From the NCBI GenBank assembly GCA_046582655.1, contig JAYGDX010000208.1, forward strand, positions 1 through 64,000: DNA of 64,000 nucleotides, given 5' to 3'. Under the pieces are notes generated by a model. The model saw nothing but the letters and a program-made list of their open reading frames with translations, was not told where the DNA came from and ran no database searches. This document shows, in pieces, positions 41,234 through 51,777 of the stretch (positions are counted from its first letter, which is position 1; each line of letters begins with the position of its first letter). A program made the translations under genes and the position numbers. Source of the stretch: Candidatus Poribacteria bacterium. Lineage in GTDB: Bacteria > Poribacteria > WGA-4E > UBA9662.

Positions 41234-42511
41234 ATGAAGATTCTCGTGATTGGCATGGGTGGACGTGAACATGCAATTGTATGGAAAATTGCCCAGAGTC
41301 CGCTGGTTGAGCTGATATATTGTGTCCCTGGAAATCCAGGAATATCAGACATAGCGGAGTGCCCGCACATTTCGTTGGAAGATGACTTTAGCCATCTCGC
41401 TGATTTCGCTGAAACCCGTCAGATTGATTTGGCCATTGTTGGCCCAGAAGCTCACCTGGCCAACGGGTTAGTTAACGTGTTTCAAGCACGTGGTCTTCGT
41501 GTGTTCGGCCCAACCCAGCAAGCAGCAATAATTGAAGCGAGCAAGGATTTCGCTAAGAACTTGATGATTAAGAATTCTATTCCAACGGCTGATCATCAAA
41601 CATTCGTAGATGCTGATGCTGCAATTAGTTACGTGAAATCTTTAAACCAACCGGTCTTTGTCAAAGCAGATGGCCTTGCAGCTGGAAAAGGTGCGATTCC
41701 TGGCAGAACAGTCGAAGAAGCAGTTACAGCCATAAACCGCATTCTGGTACACGGCGACTTTGGAATTGCAGGTAGTAAAGTTATTATTGAGGAATTAATG
41801 GTGGGTGAAGAAGCGTCATTTACTGTGCTGACCGATGGTGACTACTGCCTGCCATTAGCCACTGCCCAAGATCACAAGATGTCCCATGACGGGGATCAGG
41901 GCGAAAATACTGGTGGAATGGGTGCTTATTCACCCACCCCTGTTATTACAAAGTCAATTGAACAGGAAATAATGGAAACAATTGTGTACCCGACAATCCA
42001 CTCCATGAAGACAGAAGGAAGGGAATTCAAAGGGGTGCTTTACGTCGGGTTGATGATTACCAAAACCGGGCCAAAGGTTGTTGAATTCAATGTTCGACTC
42101 GGAGATCCTGAGACCCAGGTTCTCTTACCAAGACTAGCAAGTGATTTAGTGCCATTACTGAATGCTTGTGTTGATGGAAACCTGAATCTTTGCATGACTG
42201 AGTGGAAGCCGGAAACAGCAGTTTGCACAATTATGGCTTCTGGAGGATATCCCAGCAACTATGAAACAGGAAAAGTCATTCGCGGAATTGATGACGCGGA
42301 CGCACTAAATGATGTGGTGGTCTTTCAGGCAGGGACAAAACGCATTAATGATAAAATTGTTACGGATGGAGGTAGGGTCTTGGGAGTGACTGCACTTGGC
42401 ATAGATGTGAAATCCTCAATCGATTTGTCATATCAGGGGGTGGAAAAAATCAACTTCGATCGGGCACATTACCGTCGTGACATCGGGTATCATGCAATTA
42501 ATCGGAAATAG
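41234..42511 (+). CDS. purD: Phosphoribosylamine--glycine ligase
   Basis: GGREHA, VGPE, KADGLAAGKG, NTGGMGAYSP, EFNVRLGDPETQ, GGRVL, YRRDIG. Confidence 0.98.
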   Translation: MKILVIGMGGREHAIVWKIAQSPLVELIYCVPGNPGISDIAECPHISLEDDFSHLADFAETRQIDLAIVGPEAHLANGLVNVFQARGLRVFGPTQQAAIIEASKDFAKNLMIKNSIPTADHQTFVDADAAISYVKSLNQPVFVKADGLAAGKGAIPGRTVEEAVTAINRILVHGDFGIAGSKVIIEELMVGEEASFTVLTDGDYCLPLATAQDHKMSHDGDQGENTGGMGAYSPTPVITKSIEQEIMETIVYPTIHSMKTEGREFKGVLYVGLMITKTGPKVVEFNVRLGDPETQVLLPRLASDLVPLLNACVDGNLNLCMTEWKPETAVCTIMASGGYPSNYETGKVIRGIDDADALNDVVVFQAGTKRINDKIVTDGGRVLGVTALGIDVKSSIDLSYQGVEKINFDRAHYRRDIGYHAINRK

Positions 42512-42529
42512 TTGTCCAATACAGCTTTC

Positions 42530-43939
42530 TTAGCGATCGAAAATATCGTCAATCCATTCCTCAAGTACTTTTCTTGTGTCCTTGTGAACCCGATCAACAT
42601 CCGGCATACTTTTTCGTGAATCAGATAGCCAGATCTGTTGACATATCGATCTCCATTCTCTAAGTTCCTGATCAGACACCCCTACGATATATTGTTTAAC
42701 ACATAGTAGTATTCTTTCGCCTTTTCTAACTAGATCTTCATCTTCAGTATCCATTAGTTGTCCAATTCCATTAATGAAACTTCGGCAGATCTGTAAATGG
42801 CAATTCCTGTCGAAGTCAAGTGGCAAAAGTATGTCAAATACGGCGGTCAGTGAACGAAACGAGATTTCTTCGGGGGACGTAAGTAACTGCCAAGCATCAA
42901 CGGTCACTTTTATCTTTGAACGTGGTATATAACGAATAACCGGTGCTAATATCAACCAAACACTAATTATCAAGCGAGATTTCAGCCTCAGCGTACTATT
43001 GAATTCCCCCGATTGCTCATGAAGGATAGAATGGATGTAGTCAACGTCTGTCTGTGTTTCCGAGATTTTTAGCAGTCCTCTTACGTATGTTAATTGAAGT
43101 GTTTCGTGATCCTCAATGTATGTGTCTGGGATTTGGTGACTATACTCAATTAGATGCAGCAGGAAATCGTAAATTTCAGGCGCATAATACAGATCCTCGA
43201 CAGAGAGTTCCTGTTGCAATAAAGTAATAAGATGCGCTTTAAAAGGCTCAACTTCGTGCCTAAAGCTGTCAACAATTAAACCTAAAGCGCTATTTAAATC
43301 CTTAGATCTACTGACGAACGACATCATTTTCTCTGCACAGGGGCGGGGTAATTCCTCCTGGAGTGCAGGTTGCGAAATCATCAAATCAAAAATTGCTTCG
43401 TAGGCAGAAAATGTCAAGTTGCGGTCTGTGATATGATCTAGGAGCTGACGACATAGAAAAGTGAGACCGTCGTCTGTCATCCGGATACAGACCCAGTGGA
43501 TCAAGTTAATCGTGTCATCGCAATTGTAAGAATTGCGTAAATACGGAACCAGTTTAGAGAGTATTTCCTTTTCCAATTTCTCCTTATGGGGAGAAGGAAG
43601 TTCCGGCACCGAAATTGCTGTCTCAATGACTTTTTTCAGGTCTTGAAATGACTCACACTGACGAACTGAGTTTTGCAACCCCTTAGCGATAGATTCGCGT
43701 GTTGACCAATCAATATCAGAGGCATCATAGAGTTTAATGATTAACTCAGAAGCGCGATGATCTTCCTGGTGTAACTTTAGCTCGGAAACAAAATTGGCCG
43801 CCTGATCAATTTTTTCTCTGAACAATCGTTTTTGTATTGATTTGGCTTGGTTAACTGCGTCTTCCGTTTGACTGTCCACATGAAGTAGACTGTTGATTTG
43901 TTTTTCAACTTCTTCAAGTGTAGTTGTGAGTTCACCCAT
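42530..43939 (-). CDS. Hypothetical protein, predicted mostly alpha-helical
   Basis: 469-aa ORF with an RBS-like sequence; Leu/Glu/Ile-rich; no recognised motif. Confidence 0.75.
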   Translation of the reverse strand: MGELTTTLEEVEKQINSLLHVDSQTEDAVNQAKSIQKRLFREKIDQAANFVSELKLHQEDHRASELIIKLYDASDIDWSTRESIAKGLQNSVRQCESFQDLKKVIETAISVPELPSPHKEKLEKEILSKLVPYLRNSYNCDDTINLIHWVCIRMTDDGLTFLCRQLLDHITDRNLTFSAYEAIFDLMISQPALQEELPRPCAEKMMSFVSRSKDLNSALGLIVDSFRHEVEPFKAHLITLLQQELSVEDLYYAPEIYDFLLHLIEYSHQIPDTYIEDHETLQLTYVRGLLKISETQTDVDYIHSILHEQSGEFNSTLRLKSRLIISVWLILAPVIRYIPRSKIKVTVDAWQLLTSPEEISFRSLTAVFDILLPLDFDRNCHLQICRSFINGIGQLMDTEDEDLVRKGERILLCVKQYIVGVSDQELREWRSICQQIWLSDSRKSMPDVDRVHKDTRKVLEEWIDDIFDR

Positions 43940-44102
43940 AATTATATTCTACTTGCCTTCAGTAATTATGTCAATCCGCTAACGGTTGATGTTTGTCATC
44001 AAAAATTTTGTCCTGCCAATGTTTAAGTTAATTCTGCTTGACAATAGGCAGAACCTTAGTCACAATATTTTTATTAAGAACGCAGAGATACAGGATTTTT
44101 AT

Positions 44103-45317
44103 ATGGATAAGGATTATAAAGTAAGAGCTTCATATTGCAATCACAGAGTTTCAGAAGAGGAAATTTATCAGACCTTAAAACGTACAACGGATTCATTAAC
44201 GAGATCATGGCAACAGATTGAGAAAGCAAGAAAAGTCGTTATTAAGTTCAATATGATGAAGCTCCCAGAACGAATTGAGTATTTTCAAGGACGGCGTCGT
44301 GAATTAGTAGATGACGCTTTCTGTCGAGCAACTTTACGTTTGATTAAAGAGCATACTACCGCTCAATTGATTGCCACTGATACTAATCCTTACAATAATG
44401 GGAATGTGATGCCAGTTGGATTCAACTATGAACATTACCTCAAAGAATTTGATGTCCAGTTTGTGGATTCAAGTCTGCCACCATTCAGTGACTATGAAGT
44501 ACCAAATGGCGGCTTGATGTTTAATCGATATACTTTGAGCAAGTGTTTTAAGGAATCCGATGCGATGGTGTCAGTTGCCAAAATGAAAAACCATGCTTTT
44601 ATGGGAATTACACTTTGTACTAAGAATCTTTTTGGGCTTCCACCAATAATTCCACCCGAAGGGCGCGCAAGAAGCTATTATCATCATTTGGTCAGGCTTT
44701 CCTATGTGTTGCCGGATCTCGCTCTAATTACCAAACCTTGCCTCAACATTATTGATGCTTTAACAGGACAATCGGGACGTGAATGGGGTGGAGAAGGTCG
44801 GGTTTGTAACGCAATGATTGCAGGAGATCATCCGATTGCGACAGATGCATGCGGCATGTACCTGATGGGAACTGATCCGAAGTCGGATTGGCCAACCCCA
44901 CCGTTCAAGCGAGATCGAAACCATATTTTAATTGCCGCCCAACGCGGCTTTGGTACAGTTGATCTGGAGCAGATTGATTTTGAGAGTGAAGTCGCCCCTC
45001 CTCTGGCTGATTTTGACTCGGTTGAAACGGATTCACCTGAAATGGTTCGCAACTGGAGACTAACAACTTGTCAACAAGGCATGGCGTATCTTGAAAATCA
45101 AAAGCAATTGATCGATAAATACCGTGGCCAGTTCATCTATATGCAGGCAGGTAAAGTCGTCTGGAATGGTCCAGACCCATCGGATTTGGGAAGTCGCCGT
45201 CAATTAAGTGGTGGAAAAAAGGACAGCGCACTTTGGCTCAAATTAGTTGATCCTGAGGAACATGAAGGCGAAAATTTTAATGTCTATGAAAGGCTCTTAT
45301 CAGATTTTGCCGCTTAA
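44103..45317 (+). CDS. DUF362 domain protein
   Basis: SVAKMKNH...GITLCTKNLFG, IIDALTG...G, DHPIATDA; start after CAGGA. Confidence 0.85.
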   Translation: MDKDYKVRASYCNHRVSEEEIYQTLKRTTDSLTRSWQQIEKARKVVIKFNMMKLPERIEYFQGRRRELVDDAFCRATLRLIKEHTTAQLIATDTNPYNNGNVMPVGFNYEHYLKEFDVQFVDSSLPPFSDYEVPNGGLMFNRYTLSKCFKESDAMVSVAKMKNHAFMGITLCTKNLFGLPPIIPPEGRARSYYHHLVRLSYVLPDLALITKPCLNIIDALTGQSGREWGGEGRVCNAMIAGDHPIATDACGMYLMGTDPKSDWPTPPFKRDRNHILIAAQRGFGTVDLEQIDFESEVAPPLADFDSVETDSPEMVRNWRLTTCQQGMAYLENQKQLIDKYRGQFIYMQAGKVVWNGPDPSDLGSRRQLSGGKKDSALWLKLVDPEEHEGENFNVYERLLSDFAA

Positions 45318-47931
45318 AGCGCACACAATTCTTCTGATTTCCATCTTCATTTTGGCCCAGTCCGGACTCGCCAGTAACCAAGCACTGATCGTTGGTGGTG
45401 CTGGTGGCGATAAGTCTTTTTATGATCGTTTCTGGAAGGCGACTTCCAGTTTCTATAATCTGCTTGTCCAAAGATATAGTTACTATCCTGACCAGATTAC
45501 CTTCCTGTTTGAAGACAATGGTGAAGATCCTGCTATAGTCGATGGTAAATCGACGAAACTCAACATCGAGAATGCACTCGGCCAAATTGCTAATAATATT
45601 AATGAGTCCGACCGGTTTACAATGTTTTGGGTTGGGCATGCCAACAAATCTGATACGAATCTCAGACTGAACCTGCCGGGTCGTGATCTTTCCCTGCCAG
45701 TTTGTACTCAACTCATCAATAATATCATTGCTAAGGAAATGGTATTAATCTTTGATTTTCCGTTTAGTGGCCTAATAATTCCATTGCTAGAACGGGAAAA
45801 TCGATTGGTTGTCACCTCATGTACCGCACGTGAACGGCACGCGCGATCTAGATTTTCCAATCTTTTTATCGAGACACTTGAAAGTAAACTCCCAACTATC
45901 TCATTAATGGATGTCTTTACAGCAACACAAGATCTAGTGAAGACATGGTATGAAAATGATGGTGCATATCAATCTGAACATCCACAGATCAGTAGCAGCG
46001 GATTGATGATCTCACTTGGCGACGCTGCGACTACACTACAGTTGGTTGGAGCACCTGGTGAGGACAGAATTGATAATATTATCAAGAATGCCAGAAATCA
46101 AGAGTATCCGCCTGGTTTAATGGCGGTTGTTTTATGGGAGTCCGACACTTTTGATGTCAATGAGGATTCAAGCTATGAACATAGAAGGCGCCGCATCGTG
46201 CAGATTCTGAATAAAGATGGGGAGAAGTTTGGCACAGTCTCTATTCCTTACACGCGCAATAATGATGATATTACTATTCACCACGCTTGGACTCTGCAAA
46301 TGAACGAGGATAAGATCAATCTTGACGACTCAAGCATCACCAAGGATCTAGTGCCACCGGAAGCGGTTGAGGCAGGCATGTTCGTCGATGCTAGATTGCA
46401 GCAATTCACCATGCCGGAAATGTCAGAGAGATGTGTTATCGATTACGAATATTCGTCAAGGGCTCGCGATTACCTACTGCGGGGCGATTTTTGGAATCAA
46501 ATCTATTTTCAGGCCGAGGTGCCAATCAAAAATTATCGGTTAATTGTGAAAATACCGAGCAAAAAGAGATTACATTATGCAATACATGGACCGAATATTG
46601 AGCCAAGTATCGTTGAAACTAAACATTCACGAACTTATACTTTTGAGAGTGCCGATATACCTGCCTTATACAAGGAACCATTAATGCCGGCAATCAAGGA
46701 TGTCGCATATTCTATTAGCCTATCTTCACTTGATTCTTGGGATAGGTTGATTAAATGGTATCTGACATTAATCCGTGAACAGGATCAAGCCACTCCGGAA
46801 ATTGAGGAGAAAACCAAGATGTTGGTATCTGGCGCGTTTACTCAAGAAGAAAAAATTAAACGTCTCTACCAATTTGTAGCCGCCAACATTAGGTATGTAG
46901 CAATTGAGCTCGGTATATGGGCTATTAAACCCCATACAGCATCACGCATCTTGGAAGAAGGATATGGCGATTGTAAAGATAAATCGACACTACTCCGTAC
47001 TATGCTAGCAGTGGCTGGTATTAAGTCGTATCCAGTACTTATTTCCGCTGGAGAATCAAGACGTATCGTTCGCGAAATCCCATCACTTTCTTATTTCAAC
47101 CATATGATTTTGGCGGTAGAAGAAGATGGGAATGGAGATCTAATCTGGTTAGATCCGACAGCGGAGACATGCGCCTATGGGGATTTGCCCTCCGGGGACC
47201 AAGACCGCTGGACCCTTGTACTGGACCTTTCTGCCAACAACTCAAGTCAAGATCGAGAATCATATCGGTTTTTGAAAAGTCCAGCAGCTACGGCGGATCG
47301 AAATTTGAAGCGAATTAAAACTGAAATCCGTGTAGCGGGTGATTTGTCGATTAAAGTGAGTCAGGAAATAACACTGACAGGAGACTTTAATACCAGAGTT
47401 CGAAACCGATTGAAACATAGTGATCATCAAGTATTTTTACGTGAGTTTATAAACTTTAACGATCGAGCGGAGCTAATTCGGTTTGATACGTCTAATTTGA
47501 GCGAAGTATCACCGCAATTCAAAATCTGGTTAGAATGGAATTGTGCTGATTATGTATTTGCTATTGGACGACAATTTGTATTGAATTTTCCATTTGCTGA
47601 TTTGCCCCATGCTGAGCTGGTAGGAAACGATCAACGTGTAAATCCAGTTTTGCTTGGCGAAGCCGCTACTTTTGAAGAAGATATTTCTCTTAGTCTAGCA
47701 CATCAATTTCAGATTGAGAGTTTCCCCGACGACCTCCAGATTCGAAATCAAATCGGGGCTCTGAATGTTTCCGTATCGAAACAAAGACGAAGTGCATCTA
47801 TCAAGCGTACAATCCAGTTTGATAACTCGATGATACCTGCGAATCAGTTCAGCAAAATGATCGCAATTCTCAAAGCAGCATCGGGAAAAGAAAACACGCG
47901 AGCATTGCTAAGCAAAAATATGGGAAAGTGA
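45286..47931 (+). CDS. Secreted fusion: caspase/C13-like domain + DUF3857 + transglutaminase-like domain
   Basis: Signal peptide; ALIVGG...VGHA; NIRYVAIELG, GDCKDK, FNHMI, WLDPT (Cys-His-Asp triad intact). Confidence 0.82.
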   Translation: MKGSYQILPLKAHTILLISIFILAQSGLASNQALIVGGAGGDKSFYDRFWKATSSFYNLLVQRYSYYPDQITFLFEDNGEDPAIVDGKSTKLNIENALGQIANNINESDRFTMFWVGHANKSDTNLRLNLPGRDLSLPVCTQLINNIIAKEMVLIFDFPFSGLIIPLLERENRLVVTSCTARERHARSRFSNLFIETLESKLPTISLMDVFTATQDLVKTWYENDGAYQSEHPQISSSGLMISLGDAATTLQLVGAPGEDRIDNIIKNARNQEYPPGLMAVVLWESDTFDVNEDSSYEHRRRRIVQILNKDGEKFGTVSIPYTRNNDDITIHHAWTLQMNEDKINLDDSSITKDLVPPEAVEAGMFVDARLQQFTMPEMSERCVIDYEYSSRARDYLLRGDFWNQIYFQAEVPIKNYRLIVKIPSKKRLHYAIHGPNIEPSIVETKHSRTYTFESADIPALYKEPLMPAIKDVAYSISLSSLDSWDRLIKWYLTLIREQDQATPEIEEKTKMLVSGAFTQEEKIKRLYQFVAANIRYVAIELGIWAIKPHTASRILEEGYGDCKDKSTLLRTMLAVAGIKSYPVLISAGESRRIVREIPSLSYFNHMILAVEEDGNGDLIWLDPTAETCAYGDLPSGDQDRWTLVLDLSANNSSQDRESYRFLKSPAATADRNLKRIKTEIRVAGDLSIKVSQEITLTGDFNTRVRNRLKHSDHQVFLREFINFNDRAELIRFDTSNLSEVSPQFKIWLEWNCADYVFAIGRQFVLNFPFADLPHAELVGNDQRVNPVLLGEAATFEEDISLSLAHQFQIESFPDDLQIRNQIGALNVSVSKQRRSASIKRTIQFDNSMIPANQFSKMIAILKAASGKENTRALLSKNMGK

Positions 47932-47940
47932 AGAGAAAAC

Positions 47941-48948
47941 ATGTCGGTAACAGAAGAAATTCAAGCTATTGATAAATTAATGTTAGGGAAAGAAGCAATC
48001 TTGAAGCAAATGAGGAAAGTGATTGTTGGTCAAGAAGACACGATAGATCAAATCCTAATGGCATTTTTCGCTGGCGGACATTGTTTATTGGAAGGTGTGC
48101 CTGGATTAGCTAAGACTTTAATAATTAAGACAATTGCCAATATTATTGATCTGGATTTCAAGCGAGTACAATTCACCCCAGACTTAATGCCAACGGATAT
48201 TACCGGTACAGATATACTTGAAGAAGATAAAGCTACAGGTCGGCGTGAAATTCGTTTTATTCGCGGCCCGATATTTTGCAATATTTTGCTAGCTGACGAG
48301 ATTAACCGGACACCTCCAAAAACACAAGCCGCTTTACTGGAAGCGATGCAGGAATTCCATGTAACTGTTGGTGGAAATATGCTTGAATTAGACAAACCTT
48401 TTTTTGTGTTGGCTACACAAAATCCGATTGAACAAGAGGGAACATATTCGTTACCAGAAGCCCAATTGGATCGCTTTATGTTCAAGATCGTCATCGACTA
48501 TCCTGAGGAGAAAGAAGAAATCCAAATCATTTCATCCACAACTGGCATTGAGCAGCCGAATCCCGAACGTGTGATGTCTGGGGAAGACATTATTAGCCTC
48601 AATCAGGTTGTGCGACGAGTACCAGTTGCTGAAAATGTTGTCCAGTATGCCGTTAAAATAGTACGAGCAACGCGTTCTGGAAACAATTATGTGCCTGATT
48701 TCGTCACCAAATGGGTGCGTTGGGGCGCTGGACCACGGGCGGGGCAGTATTTAATTCTTGGTGCCAAAGCTCGGGCAATTATGCTTGGTCGATTCAATGC
48801 TTCGTGCGAAGATATTCGATCCGTGGCTCACTCGGTTTTACGACATCGGATCCTCACAAATTTTAATGCGGAAGCCGAAGGCATCAATTCAGATGCCGTA
48901 ATTGATATGCTTCTTGAGGCTATAGAGGAGCCGTCTGCCCAATGGTAA
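47941..48948 (+). CDS. moxR: MoxR-family AAA+ ATPase
   Basis: EGVPGLAKT, RVQFTPDLMP, LADEINRTPPKTQAALLEAM, ATQNPIEQEGTY, DRF. Confidence 0.95.
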   Translation: MSVTEEIQAIDKLMLGKEAILKQMRKVIVGQEDTIDQILMAFFAGGHCLLEGVPGLAKTLIIKTIANIIDLDFKRVQFTPDLMPTDITGTDILEEDKATGRREIRFIRGPIFCNILLADEINRTPPKTQAALLEAMQEFHVTVGGNMLELDKPFFVLATQNPIEQEGTYSLPEAQLDRFMFKIVIDYPEEKEEIQIISSTTGIEQPNPERVMSGEDIISLNQVVRRVPVAENVVQYAVKIVRATRSGNNYVPDFVTKWVRWGAGPRAGQYLILGAKARAIMLGRFNASCEDIRSVAHSVLRHRILTNFNAEAEGINSDAVIDMLLEAIEEPSAQW

Positions 48949-48964
48949 AGTTACCAATTATTAA

Positions 48965-49000
48965 TTGACGATTGACTCATTGTTTGGTAAACTCTATATT
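48965..49000 (+). promoter_or_regulatory. Two overlapping sigma70 promoters upstream of the cimA leader
   Basis: TTGACG(48965)-N17-TAAACT with TGn; TTGACT(48972)-N17-TATATT. Confidence 0.65.
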
Positions 49001-49072
49001 AGAAGAACGAGTCAGAAAAATAGTATTTCTTGACCACTATCTTAACCACTGGATTTTTATTTATGTGAATAT

Positions 49073-49168
49073 ATGAGGCAAGAAATGGTTGTACGCTGGA
49101 TTTGTTCTATTATTTTGATTCTCATCCCTGTTGCATTTGAAAGTAGAGCCATCGATTCTCGTGATTGA
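49073..49168 (+). CDS. Ile-rich attenuator leader peptide (31 aa)
   Basis: MRQEMVVRWICSIILILIPVAFESRAIDSRD*; five Ile within nine codons; lies between promoter and terminator. Confidence 0.75.
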   Translation: MRQEMVVRWICSIILILIPVAFESRAIDSRD

Positions 49169-49191
49169 TTGCTGACTCGAATGGAGATTTT

Positions 49192-49227
49192 ACCCACTTT
49201 CGCAGACTTGCGAAAGTGGGTTTTTTT
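49192..49227 (+). terminator. Attenuator terminator hairpin
   Basis: Perfect 13-bp stem acccactttcgca-gact-tgcgaaagtgggt plus T-tract. Confidence 0.9.
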
Positions 49228-49582
49228 GTTCTCGGATATCAGGATATAAGTTTGAATCAGCCATTTCCTTCAATACAATGCATCGCGCAATAGCCAATGT
49301 GGTCAATCTAATTGGCATGTTATATGTTATTCAACAAATAATCCCTGTGGATCGTTAGTAGAATACGCAACTTTATTGGGAGCATCACCGTTTTGTATGT
49401 GTTGTCACTCAGGGGGGTAATTTGGTTCAATTGGACTTCTAACTAACCATTGAATTATTCAGGACGGTTTGAGAACTGTGTTTAATTAGCTAGCAGGCAA
49501 ATAATGACTGCGATCGAAATTCTATTTGGAACTTAAATATTCATATCAACAGGCAAAAAATGGAAAGTCAAGGATAAACAGC

Positions 49583-51193
49583 ATGATCGAGCTTTACGAT
49601 ACAACACTAAGAGACGGAAGCCAGGGCGAAAGTGTTACTTTCTCTATCAAGGACAAGATGCTTATTATTTCTGAACTAGATCAACTAGGCATTCATTTCA
49701 TTGAAGGAGGATATCCCGGATCTAATCCCAAAGATGTTGATTTTTTTCAACAGGTAAAGTCCAGGCAACTACAAAATGCGCAGGTTGTTCCATTTGGATC
49801 AACCCATCACCCGCGCTTCAAACCGAGCGAAGATCCGAATCTAATGGCGCTACTTGAGACAGAAATGCAAACAGTGACAATCTTTGGAAAAACTTGGGAG
49901 TTGCATGCGAGAGATGTCCTGCGTGTTGAACCAGAAGAAAACCTCGATTTAATTGAAAGTTCAATCGAATTTCTGGTAGAGCATGGATGTGAAGTTATTT
50001 ACGATGCTGAGCATTTTTTCGATGGTTACTACGACAATTCCAGATATGCTATGGAAACACTCAAAGCTGCAGGGAGAGCCAAGGCAAAATGTCTGGTTTT
50101 ATGTGACACCAATGGCGGACGATTGCCGTTAGAGATACAAGAAGCAATACGTGCTGTGAAGTCAGAGATAAATTTACCATTTGGTATCCATGCACATAAT
50201 GATTCTGGGGTTGCTGTCGCCAACTCGGTTCTTAGCATCCAAGCGGGGGCGACACATGTACAAGGAACATTTAACGGATATGGCGAACGCTGCGGCAATG
50301 CGAATCTATCGGCTATAATTCCAAACTTAAAATTGAAATTGGGAATCGATTGTATTGAAGATGAACAACTTCAGCGTTTGACCAGTGTCTCACGGTTGAT
50401 TAGTGAATTAGCTAACTTGCCGCATGACGAACGACAAGCATATGTAGGCAGATCCGCCTTTGCTCATAAAGGAGGACTCCATACCGACGCGATTCACAAA
50501 AATCGGCTGACCTATGAGCATATTGATCCTGTGACTGTTGGAAACGAACAGCGAATCCTCGTCTCTGAGCAGGCGGGTAGAGGAACACTAATTAAGAAAA
50601 TTGAGCGTGAATATTCTGGTTACGACAAAGACTCCCCCGAGATTGTTTCCCTTTTTAACAAATTGAAAGAGGCTGAAAATGAAGGATATCAATATGAAGC
50701 TGCAGAAGGATCGTTTGAGCTTTTAACTCATAAGATTTTCAACGAACACCTGTCTTTCTTTGATCTACTTGGGTTTCGCGTGATTATAGAAAAATCCCAG
50801 AATAATAGTATATACACAGAAGCAACCATCAAGCTCGTGGATCGAGAAGGTAGGACCGTTCATACCGCGGCTGATGGTGATGGTCCTGTTAATGCACTTG
50901 ATAATGCTCTACGAAAGGCGTTAGAGCAGTTATATCCTGTACTGAAAGAGATCCATTTAGTGGACTACAAGGTACGGGTTTTAGACACCAAAGCAGGCAC
51001 TGGTGCAAAGGTACGCGTGCTACTTGAAGCAAGTGATGGCAAGGATATATGGGGTACGGTTGGTGTCTCCGAAAATATTATCCAGGCTAGCTGGGACGCG
51101 TTGACTGACAGTATGGAATACAAACTCTACAAAGATCAGAGGCGGATTGAGAGGGATTTGATAGGTCCTGCCTTGGAATCAACTGGCAAATAG
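49583..51193 (+). CDS. cimA: Citramalate synthase (LeuA/CimA family)
   Basis: YDTTLRDGSQGE, EGGYPGSNPKD, FGKTW, YDAEHFFDGY, HAHND, GERCGNANL, DYKVRVL; start after AAGGA. Confidence 0.92.
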   Translation: MIELYDTTLRDGSQGESVTFSIKDKMLIISELDQLGIHFIEGGYPGSNPKDVDFFQQVKSRQLQNAQVVPFGSTHHPRFKPSEDPNLMALLETEMQTVTIFGKTWELHARDVLRVEPEENLDLIESSIEFLVEHGCEVIYDAEHFFDGYYDNSRYAMETLKAAGRAKAKCLVLCDTNGGRLPLEIQEAIRAVKSEINLPFGIHAHNDSGVAVANSVLSIQAGATHVQGTFNGYGERCGNANLSAIIPNLKLKLGIDCIEDEQLQRLTSVSRLISELANLPHDERQAYVGRSAFAHKGGLHTDAIHKNRLTYEHIDPVTVGNEQRILVSEQAGRGTLIKKIEREYSGYDKDSPEIVSLFNKLKEAENEGYQYEAAEGSFELLTHKIFNEHLSFFDLLGFRVIIEKSQNNSIYTEATIKLVDREGRTVHTAADGDGPVNALDNALRKALEQLYPVLKEIHLVDYKVRVLDTKAGTGAKVRVLLEASDGKDIWGTVGVSENIIQASWDALTDSMEYKLYKDQRRIERDLIGPALESTGK

Positions 51194-51213
51194 AAACACG
51201 GTGGGAGGTAAAA

Positions 51214-51759
51214 ATGAGAGCTTTTCAAAATATTGAAGCGTCCGCTCAGAAAATTATTGAGATATGTGGCAAGAGCCAGTTAAAAAAAAGTGACAAAGAT
51301 CATCTTCTCAAGCTACAAGCTGAGATGCATACTAGCATCGAAAACCTTCTAGAATGTGAGATATGTGGTTGCATCGTCAGTTTTTTGGTCGAGATCAAAA
51401 TTGGTAATGTTAGTGCTAAGACCTGTAGAGACTGTGGTATTAAAGCACTTGAAGCTGGTGAAGTTAAGAAGACATCACCACGTCGAAAATCAAGCAGGAC
51501 TCGCAATACAACAGCGGGAGCTAAGCGCACTAATATCACGCTTGTGGAGAAGAGTCTACCAGAAATCCATGCCAAAATTGAAAGTCAAACCGATCTCAAA
51601 AAAACAGAAATCCGTAAAATTCAAAAGCTTATTGATGAAATTCCAACACCAATGAATCTGACAAACACCGTAGACTATGTTTCAAGAGAAGCAGAAATTG
51701 CAAGATTGAAAGTCGATTCAGATGCTTTGAAAAAAGCCATTAAACTAATAATGGCATAA
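51214..51759 (+). CDS. Hypothetical protein with zinc-ribbon motif and basic linker
   Basis: CEICG...CRDCG, KKTSPRRKSSRTR; strong RBS GGAGGT. Confidence 0.75.
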   Translation: MRAFQNIEASAQKIIEICGKSQLKKSDKDHLLKLQAEMHTSIENLLECEICGCIVSFLVEIKIGNVSAKTCRDCGIKALEAGEVKKTSPRRKSSRTRNTTAGAKRTNITLVEKSLPEIHAKIESQTDLKKTEIRKIQKLIDEIPTPMNLTNTVDYVSREAEIARLKVDSDALKKAIKLIMA

Positions 51760-51777
51760 TTTTATGAGGAAGAACTC

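Noticed and set aside
49526..49582. TTG start for cimA
   Set aside because: ATG 49583 has an RBS and matches the family N-terminus (IELYDTTLRDG)
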